Source: the human T2T-CHM13v2.0 reference genome, Homo sapiens
Reading direction: 5' to 3' (one strand)
Length of the DNA stretch: 64,000 nucleotides
NCBI RefSeq assembly: GCF_009914755.1
Contig: NC_060929.1
Translations under genes and position numbers: made by a program
Notes under the pieces: generated by a model
What the model saw: only the letters and a program-made list of their open reading frames with translations
Database searches by the model: none
What the model was told of the DNA's origin: nothing
Shown: in pieces, positions 54,420-64,000 of the stretch
Numbering within the stretch: position 1 is the stretch's first letter
Layout: every line of letters starts with the position of its first letter

Positions 54420-57400
54420 GTAAGCATCATTTAACATTTGGCTTTGAAAACACTCTATTCCAGAACAGATTTTTCAGTTAGTATAAGTACATAAAATATT
54501 CAAGAACAGCAGACAAGAATTTTCCATTCTGTTTTCATAACTGGTTTTTCTAAGCCTGACAAAATTCTTTTCTTATTGGATAACAGCCAAATTTGATTTT
54601 GATCAGATTTGATTTTGATGAAATTACAAATACATGCACACCTCTCTGTTACTTTATTCTTTGAATAAAATGTTTTCCTCAAGGATAGTGTAAATTAGAA
54701 TTGATTCCAGTTATATTATTATGAGGGCCTTAGAGGATTTTATTTGAGTAAATTATAAAAATTACTTTTGTCTCATATATACATTGCTAACATAATCCAA
54801 CTCCTCAGAGCCAGAGTGTTGCAGAATGGATTTTCTTCTTTCTTTGTTTAGAAAGGGACTTTGGAGAGTTGAAATAACATATTTGTAACATGATTAAATA
54901 TATCTCAACATTTTTTTGGTGGCAATGTAGGCAATTAGAAATATAACTTTTAGGCAATAAACTTAATTTAAATGTAGGATACATACAAAAAGGAGTGCAA
55001 ATCATAAATATGCATCTTGAATTTTCAAGTGAATTCAGATCTATAAATGGAAAAATTATGTACAACTTAGAGCTCCCCTTGTATCCTCTCTAAGCCACTC
55101 CTCCCATTTTCACCTGCCCCCATTTTGAAATGTAATTATTTCATACTTTCTGTAATTAATATGTAATAATTGTATTAAAAAGCATATTTGAAAGTATTCA
55201 TGCCAATGCATAATACATAGCATTATAATGAAATTTTTGTCAATGTCTTAGAGAATATCTTTATTGTCTATTATCCTTAAGGGACTTAAAAGATTCAGAA
55301 AGCAAGAGATGAACTTAAGTACTCTGAAGTACTACTCAAATATTTTCTTAAGATAAAATATTTAAAATAGGATTTATTTTATTCCCTCTCTTTTTTCTTA
55401 TTCTTGCTTATTAAATTGTTATTTTGCATTTTTATGCCATGCAGAACAATACTGAAAACATAATCTTGGTGCTTGAAACAGCTATCCTAGAATAATGACA
55501 TATATGCTAGATGTTCAATAAATATTTGTTGAATGAGTATGAGAAAAAGATAGATAAAACACAAAAGAAATGCTACCATGATTTTTGTTTTCCTTTTTCT
55601 GGGATGTACTGTTAGAAGAGAAGAGAGCAAGACTGATAATACATGTCAGTTTTTATTTTTGGATGGGGAGATGAAGAAAAGTTACAAGAGAAAGAAAGGA
55701 TACAACTACCTTGAGAGGGCAGGATAAATAAGATGGATTGAATTTGTTCTGGATTTTTGTTTTTTACTTCATGGGTTCTTTCTAGGTCTCCAGGTCTCCC
55801 CAGCCTTAGTTTAGGTTGGTGTATTTTTAATAGCTCGACACCTTTTCACTGATAGTCCCAGCTGATGAATTAACCTCACATTGTTACTATTTGGAAAACA
55901 TGTTTAAGTTTTCTGTGCTTCAAATTATGGCTTTGCCTTTAGATCTGTGGTCCTTGATCTATGAAGTCAGATATCTCTAGAGTTTGAAATTATTGACCAC
56001 ACAATTAAGAGGAAACTTATTGTTCACAAGGGAAAATAGCCCTAATTTACTTATTCTTTAATGATCAAGGAAGGGTGTCTTTACCTTACATGCAAGCCTG
56101 AAACCTTTGCATATGAGTTAGAATAAAAAGCTGATCTCAACTGCTTTGGTTTTCAGTAAACGAAACCTTATCTTTAGACGGTATATTTAAAGACAAGGCT
56201 ACTTGAGTGAAGTTTGATACTATCCAGAAGGTAACAGTTAGAACCAGGCAATTTAGGTTGAGTCTACTCACTAAATATATGAAAATTCCAGTGGATAGAC
56301 TTATATGGCTGCAAACATTTGGATTGATACCATTTAGGTCAGTCAATACCATAGGACTATGAAAAATAAATTAACCACTAATGAAGAAGGAATAATTTTA
56401 TCTGTGTTTATGTAATCAAAGCACAAATGTGAAAGCTTGCCTAATGCAAAGATATATTCTAATGTTTCATTGTTTAGTCGGCTTGGATTAATCAAAAGTA
56501 AATTGAGGTTTGTGTTGCCATAAATCCTTTCTTGATGAGTTTTGAATAGTCCTAAAAATTTTCAGGTCTATTTGAACAGAGTCCAAGTCTCCTTATGTCC
56601 CAGAGGGAAGCTCCCATATGAGAGCTGTAATGCAGATATACAAACCTAGGATGCTTTCGGTCCTTTTTATTATTATTTGTGATGTTCTGTCTTCCTTGTC
56701 ACTTCCAAAGAGTTACTTACTGTAATTTCTCATGCGTCTTTTTTTTTTTTTTGAGCCAAGAGTACGATGATGGCAACTTTATTTTTGATGTTTGTATACA
56801 TAAAACAAAATCCAGTTTTATAATTCCCTTTGGTCTATTATAGATTTAGGCAGAAAGGAACATTGCCAATATTAAAATGATAACTACAGTCTCACCAAGG
56901 GGGACAAAGGGGTTCAGCATTTAAGAATTTGAGGAATGACGTAAACATACTTTTGAAAACGTTGTGAGCTGATGGATGGAATTTAATTGGATTTTGAACA
57001 GTTGGTGGCTTATTCTCTTGGTACTTCAGCCTATTTACCATAAGAATAGTGAGTTCTGCCTATGACTTAATTTGAGGAACACTTGATAATGGCTATAAAA
57101 TAAAGGCTTCAAATTCTTCAAAGTAGATTTCCTATTACATACAAGATAGTATTAGGTGCAACATTTGATATTACCCATTTCAGGGGATATGTATTTGTTT
57201 TCCTCCTTATGTATCATTTCCCTTTGCAACCTAGTTATGCCTCTTCACTGTTCTGGATTGTGAGAGTGAAGGATTTGTCCCTGCCCTGTAGATGGTGTGC
57301 TCCACAGTGACTGCCCCCTCCTTCAGGCTCTCTCACTGTCTAAATCAGTGTCTCTACTCCACCCCTGTAGTAAGTATTTCAACTCTGGAAACAAGATGGC

Positions 57401-57981
57401 TCCAAGCTGCTTGCATGAACCTCCCTTCTGGCCCCCTCCACAAGTCCAATGAAAAAAATGGTCCTCCCTTTCCCATGAGCCACAGAGCACATCTCTGAAC
57501 TTGCTGCTGCTAGGATTTTATGAGGACATTGCAGCTATATGAAAATTAACTCTTCTTATGCTGTCCTTCAAGACTTCATTTGAGCTTTGTTTAAAAGCAG
57601 TTATTTATTGGTTCTGTATGTTAGGGCATTAGTGTTATGAAGAATAGGGATGACTCTAGTGAAAAGTATCCAAAAAGATAGAGCTAATTTTCTGCACTTC
57701 TGAAAATGTTTGCTGTCCCTTGCTGATGCTAACTTAGTTCATGAAGTCATTAAATGTTGGCATATTTTGGCCATGTTTCTCCCTACCCTCTTTAAATTAC
57801 AGAAAGTGATTTAAAAAAATCCAGAGCAATGCCTTACTTATATAAGGTAACTCATTTTCTCATTATTTTCTAGCTGGTAGTGTGTATAATGATACAATAT
57901 GGTTGAGTATGCATTTCAGACTAACATATGACTGCCAGTTTGTGTGCCTTAGTTTTCATTTTATTGTTCTGTGTCTTGTAG

Positions 57982-58024
57982 AGCAAAGAGCTTACAGCTT
58001 ATCGGAGCCACCAAGAGAAAACAG
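57982..58024 (+). CDS. ARHGEF28: ARHGEF28 short coding exon (43 nt, phase 1 to 2): EQRAYSLSEPPREN(R)
   Basis: Acceptor ttctgtgtcttgtag|AG, donor ACAG|gtactt. Needed to bridge phase 1 to phase 2 between 54419 and 62992. Confidence 0.94.
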
Positions 58025-59880
58025 GTACTTTTAACTATTCCAATTTTCCTGAGGAACTGCATGATCCTTCTTTGGAAATGTCCACACATCATTTTTGCTA
58101 TCTGTTCACTAGTTCATGAGAGGTTTCCATGTAACAAGCCTGCCTAAGACCCTTTGCTCCCTCTGGGATCTGTATCAGGATAGATCTGCCAGCCCTCCCC
58201 TTTCAGTCCTTGGCTGTGCAGGCCTCAGGATTGGGGACAGCATGTTCTGTCTGGGTATCTTCAAAGCCAAATACCCTCAAGGGGAGCAGTGTGAGGGGAC
58301 CACCTGTTTTAGAAAGACAACATGTTTTCTCCAGCTCTATTCCACCATGACAAGGGGACTTACTTTAGTAACAGAACCCTGGGTGGTCAATGATAGAAAG
58401 TGCCTAAACATCCCTACTGTCTCTCTATGGATTTTTGCCTAGTAGCCCTTCAGCTGGAAACAAAGAATAAACAATGCAGAAGACTTTTAAGCATGATCAG
58501 TTTCCTGGTTGAGATGCAGATTTAACCTAAGCTTCTCTTTCTCCTAGAAGGTAAAACTGTTGTTGGAGTATAGCTTGGGAAGCAGACCAGTGTGCAAGCA
58601 TGATTGTTGGTTTCTGTTGGTGTTGAATAACTAACTGCCCATGAGTCACACTGTGAAATAGCCCCAGGGTTGTATGCAAAACAAGTGCCAGAATGGCACA
58701 CATGTTTGACTTTAAGAGACCATCTGAAAAGAGTGAAATGGTTTAATTTTGTTTGAGATTAATACTAAAACTTTGAAACGTTTTAAACGTTTTAGTATAC
58801 GGATCAAGATGGGGTGTTTCGTTTTAAATCCTGGAATCAAAGTATTAATAAGAAAAAGCCTCCTTTGGATCATTTCTATTTTTTTTTTGAAACCAGAATA
58901 GAAACTTTCAAATGATACAAAAGAGGAAGATTAAGAATGCCCTTGAAAGATAGGATGATGATCAAGTTGACTTCGTGACAATGGCAATGAGGATGATGAT
59001 AGCAAAAGCAGTAATTACTGACAAATATTGAACATTTGTATGTGCCTTGTACTGTTTTAAGCAGTTTACATTTATTATCTCATTTAAGCAATTTACTTCC
59101 TCATTCTGGAATTTGATCTTCATCTTGGTCATCATTTTGATTAACAGTCATCTTTTTAACAACTGGAAAAATAATGGATTGTTATCAAGAATTTTTTAAA
59201 TTAAAAATATAAAAAATATTCATTTGTCATTAGGAGAGAGATTTAAGACCGAAGGAGCCAATGTTATACTTGGCTAAATAGTAGCCTATAAAATATTTTC
59301 ACTTTGATGGCATCTTTATGAAGTTTCTTTTTATCTGGTTCTTCGTTCTCTGTCACTCTTGTTTTTGTTTTCTGTTCCTTTCTATTCTTTAATCTTTCTT
59401 GGTCCACATCCTGAAAGCATCTTACTCTCTCAGTCATATGCCTTGGTGTATCTAGTAGAGTGGATCTTTCATCTCACCCACTCTATTCCTGCTATCTTAT
59501 CTTGTTGGATATGCCAATAAGATCCCAAGCCATACCTAATGCTTTGCTTTGGTCATGTTACAGGTATTTACCTGAGATGATGCCTTCTTTGATATTCTCT
59601 TATTTGTATTAATCACTTAGTTTCTAGAAAAGGGGACATCCATGTAAAAAATGAGCTCACTCTATACCTTGCAGGCTCATTTCAGCAGACACTCTGTTCT
59701 AATTTCTTAAAGATTATATGGCATGACTTGATTATTTTACTGCCACCATCTGTCTTAAATCTATTGTATGTATTTCCTCCTTCTCCTCCTCTTTCTTCAA
59801 ATCTGAGGATCTGAGTGTTAACAGAAGTTCCACTGTGTCAATTTTCAATCTGCATAGCAGGAACTTCTTTCAGCCCTTTA

Positions 59881-60207
59881 GGCCCGGTGCGGTGGCTCAT
59901 GCCTGTAATCCCAGCATTTTGGGAGGCAGAGGCGGGCGGATCATCTGAGGTCAGGAGTTTGAGACCAGCCTAGTCAACATGAGGAAACCCTGTTTCTACT
60001 AAAATATACAAAAATTAGCCAGGTGTGGTGGCAGGCGCCTGCAATCACAGCTACTCAGGAGGCTGAGGCAGAAGAATGGCTTGAACCTGGAACGCGGAGG
60101 TTGCAATGAGCCGAGATCGTGCCACAGCATCCTAGTCTGGGCGACAGAGCCAGACTCCATCTCAAAAAAAAACAAAAACCCAAAAACAACAACAACAACA
60201 AAAAAAC
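59881..60207 (+). mobile_element. Alu (S-type) with (CAA)n tail
   Basis: Full dimer; ctttag on both flanks. Confidence 0.95.
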
Positions 60208-60738
60208 ACTTTAGATGCCAATTCTTTAAATAGATTAAGGGTTAAAATATTAAGAATCCATATTCTTAATATGTTTTAAATGTCTATTTACCTATTGAAA
60301 AGGCAGTACCATTAAAGGCTCTGAGAAGGGTTTGTAAAACTTTATTGTGAGTGATGCTATCGGTCATCAAACTAATAATAGAGATTAGACGTTCTTGTTC
60401 TGGGATGTTAAAAATAACTTAATCTTTCCAGATTCTTACAAATGTAAAAGCTATTTAAATTCTATTATGAAATTATTTGAAGGTTTTCTCTTCTCAATTA
60501 TTTTCTAAAGTGCCTGATTTTGATATAGGTAAATATCACATAATTAAATTAGATATGAAATGAAGCAACCAACCTTCTACATTTGCCCAGAGGTTATACA
60601 GTATTACCCATCTTCATAATCTGATAGTGGATTATGACTATGATATTCACATTTCTACCAGGTTGGGTGATGGTTTAAGTTTTCATATTTCATAATTAAT
60701 AATATTTTTAAAAAAGCATTTTTATGTTTACACTGTTA

Positions 60739-61078
<340 letters not shown>

Positions 61079-62896
61079 GTTAAAGTGTCGTGTTGTAGAA
61101 GTATGAAGGATATATGATAAATTGTGCATTTGTAAGTTTTTAATCAATGTGGAAACTGTCGTTTTTTATATAGTCTTCTGTAACAAGGGAGTTGGGAGTA
61201 GAGTTGGGTAACCAATAATTAATTTTCTTTTATTTGCAATAGTTTAGTTGTGTTCCTGCTGGGAAGTACAAAAGGGGCTTCTTGACCTCAAAATCCACAG
61301 TGACCTAACCATTCTTTAATTCCGATATTAGGTCTCCTCATCACTCTTCTCTTCTCTTAGACGTTGGATAGCATTTGGTGGGGTCAAAAAAGGCCTTCTA
61401 AGAGAGGAGTCTTTTCAAACTCTCAAATGTATTTTTTCCCCCAATTTTGAAAGTGAGCCTTTTGAATATTATGGCACAAATTTTGCAAATTAGGATGTGT
61501 AAGACACCAGAGGTTTATGGGAAATTTCGGATTCTATTAACCAGTCAGTTATCCTAGGTAAAAATGACTAGAGGTAGCATGGAAGTAGAAAGGAAATTAA
61601 AAGGGTCTGAGATTCTTTCACTACTCTGTTGGCATAGGGTATGTTTAATTCTATTCACTTCCTTTTCCTTCTGCCTTTTAAAATGTTTTCTCTAAGCAGC
61701 AAACCCAATTTCATTTACTGTGCAGGCTTTAAGTAACAGGACATAACACTGTTCTGACTATACCTTTAGATCTACATGGTCAAGAGGCAGCTCTTAAGCC
61801 ATGTATTTTTTTTTTCTAAATGCATTAATAGGTTTGAGCTCTAAAACCTAATATAGAGCTTAAATAACTTAAAGTTTTATTATAATATGTACCATATTAA
61901 AGTGTGGAAGGGGTCTTGGAAATAATTTAGTCTAAGCCTGATATTAATTACATAAGAACAATCAAAGTCCTAGAAAGTTGTCATTGAAAGCAATATTTTC
62001 ACAAAATATAATGATATATATTTTGGTGTAAATCAGTGATTTTATTGCTTTTAAATACTTCCCAGAGATAAATGTGTTAGTTATCAGTATGGAAAGGTGA
62101 GAATTTTAGGGGGTAGGAGAGACTTTAGTTAGGAAATAATCACTATGGCAATCATCTACAGAAGTGTTACCTGGTTTGACATGATATTTAGGTTGATTTT
62201 TAATTTATTCTTTCCTCAGTAATAATAGAAATATAAGATTATCAGAGGAAGCTCTAGGGGGAATTGTAACTTTCATAGTCTGCATATGTTTTTTTCTAGA
62301 GAATAATTGTATTGTGGATTAGAAGAAAATAAACGGTGTTCAGGGTATTCATGGGTTGGGTACAGTTACCTCTACCTTGCTTCTTATTTTATGGAGTATC
62401 CATAGCCTCTCTCCTCCACAACCTAGAGAGTCTCAGATTGTACTGAGTGGGAGAGGCTGCACCGAGTGGCAGTCAGTCTGTTTCTCAGGCCGTATCAACA
62501 GAGGAAACACGTGTCTACTGAGTATTATCTCTGCGTTCCAAAAATAAATAAAATCCAGTTGCATATTGTTGGTTATTTGGCTTCTCTGTGCTCTGGGGAA
62601 TTCTTACTAGCATAGTAAACAGGAAGTTGAGTGTTTTCAGGGTAAAATTATAAGTCTAAGGTTTATTTCCTCAATATTTTATTATGAAAATTTTCAAGTA
62701 CACAGAAAAGTTGAGAGAATTATCTAGTGTATACCCACTTCCACCACCTATGTTCTATAATTGTTGACATTGTGAGATTGTTGCTCTAATCACATGTCTG
62801 TTCACTTATGCTATAGGGTGTATTTTTAATGAATTGTTTTTCTCTTTAGAACAGCCACTAAAACCTGAAAAAATACATACACATACATATATGTGT

Positions 62897-62928
<32 letters not shown>

Positions 62929-62934
62929 ACACAC
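62897..62934 (+). repeat. (CA)n microsatellite with one interruption, ending 57 nt upstream of exon 62992
   Basis: Read directly from the sequence. Confidence 0.95.
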
Positions 62935-62991
62935 GTATATGCTATTCTTCCTAAGTCATATGAGCCATGATAACAGATTCTGTTTTTGTAG

Positions 62992-63115
62992 AATTCAGGA
63001 AGAAGAATGGGATAAATACATCATACCTGCCAAATCAGAGTCTGAAAAATATAAAGTGAGTCGAACTTTCAGTTTCCTCATGAATAGGATGACTAGCCCT
63101 CGGAATAAATCAAAG
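62992..63115 (+). CDS. ARHGEF28: ARHGEF28 coding exon (124 nt, phase 2 to 0): RIQEEEWDKYIIPAKSESEKYKVSRTFSFLMNRMTSPRNKSK
   Basis: Acceptor tctgtttttgtag|A, donor AAG|gtaatt. The KVSRTFS motif resembles the Lbc-family RhoGEF (AKAP13) segment before the C1 domain. Confidence 0.96.
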
Positions 63116-63422
63116 GTAATTAAAGTGATTCACTTATTTTCTATAAAATATAGACATTTTAGTTTCTCAGCAGTTAGTATAATTTCCACTTTCCCTTTGA
63201 AATCACTTACCTTAGATTTTATTTACACATATTTCTTATGGAATATTGCTAAAGCCCAGAATATAACATTTAGGTGTTATGGTGTCCCTCTGTGTGCAGT
63301 CCTTATATTCTGATGGAAAATGTAGAGACTTTGCTCAGATGATTTCTATAAGAAAGTTGGCTCACAGCGTTTTCCTTTTCTCATTTTTCCCCACTTTCCT
63401 ACTGCTGCTGCTGCATCTGAAG

Positions 63423-63555
63423 ACAAAAAGCAAGGATGCCAAAGATAAAGAGAAGCTGAATCGACATCAGTTTGCCCCAGGAACATTCTCTGGGGTTCTG
63501 CAGTGTTTGGTTTGTGATAAAACACTCCTGGGGAAAGAGTCACTGCAGTGTTCTA
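63423..63555 (+). CDS. ARHGEF28: ARHGEF28 coding exon (133 nt, phase 0 to 1), first part of the C1 zinc finger: TKSKDAKDKEKLNRHQFAPGTFSGVLQCLVCDKTLLGKESLQCS
   Basis: Acceptor catctgaag|ACA, donor TCTA|gtaagt. Shows the H-x12-C-x2-C-x12-C spacing of a C1 domain. Confidence 0.95.
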
Positions 63556-63754
63556 GTAAGTTCTCAGGTCTATGTGCGCTGTCTTTGTTTTCATCTCCTG
63601 ACAGTAACCTTGGGAAGAGGCTCATTGCTCAATACATTTACATAAACCTTTTCAGTGCCACACATATGACTGAACCGTTTACCAAGCAAGGACTGATACT
63701 GGTTAGAGTCAGTGTGTTTTGTCCATAACTGATAGCCTGTCTGAACCCCAGATT

Positions 63755-64000
63755 TGTATGCCTGTCTCCACTGGGATGTCTAAAGAGCGTCTCAGATGTT
63801 ACATCTCCCCATTCTGTGCTCACCTAAAAGCTGATGCTCTCGGCCTTTAATGGCAACTTGATCATTCCAACCAGATGTTCATGCCAAAACTTTTGGAGTA
63901 CATCTTTATACCTCCCATTTTCTCACATCCCACATCCAATCCATCAACAATCCTCTTGGCTCTATTTTCAGAAAACATATAAAACCAGGCACTTGTCACC
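63755..64000 (+). mobile_element. L2 fragment
   Basis: ctccactgggatgtct...cccacatccaatccatcaacaatcctcttggctctattttcaga matches L2. Confidence 0.75.

Overview
This is primate (almost certainly human) genomic DNA, not prokaryotic. It is an internal 64-kb piece of ARHGEF28 (RGNEF/p190RhoGEF) on the + strand. Eight GT-AG coding exons (648-708, 37678-37799, 45813-46093, 51600-51807, 54308-54419, 57982-58024, 62992-63115, 63423-63555) splice into one open frame, from RVKSLVVQHNEHED through the Ser-rich linker into the start of the C1 zinc finger. The rest is intron: about 23 Alus, L1M/L2/MIR fragments, THE1- and MER21-type LTRs, DNA transposon fossils, microsatellites and an antisense processed ATP5PF (ATP5J) pseudogene. 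The best signals beyond this are: (1) a Kozak-flanked, phase-compatible alternative first coding exon in the 37-kb intron (18935-19019), plus a weaker second candidate (13727-13760); (2) inverted Alus tightly flanking the 281-nt exon, the usual circRNA layout; (3) a candidate (UG)n-associated, TDP-43-type cryptic poison exon at about 8111-8242; (4) a CpG-retaining, palindrome-rich AT minisatellite at 11.5-12.3 kb; (5) small local duplications. I found no CRISPR array, no foreign insert and no demonstrably new biological system. The findings are hypotheses from reading the sequence by eye, and gene and repeat family names come from recall, not from a database search.
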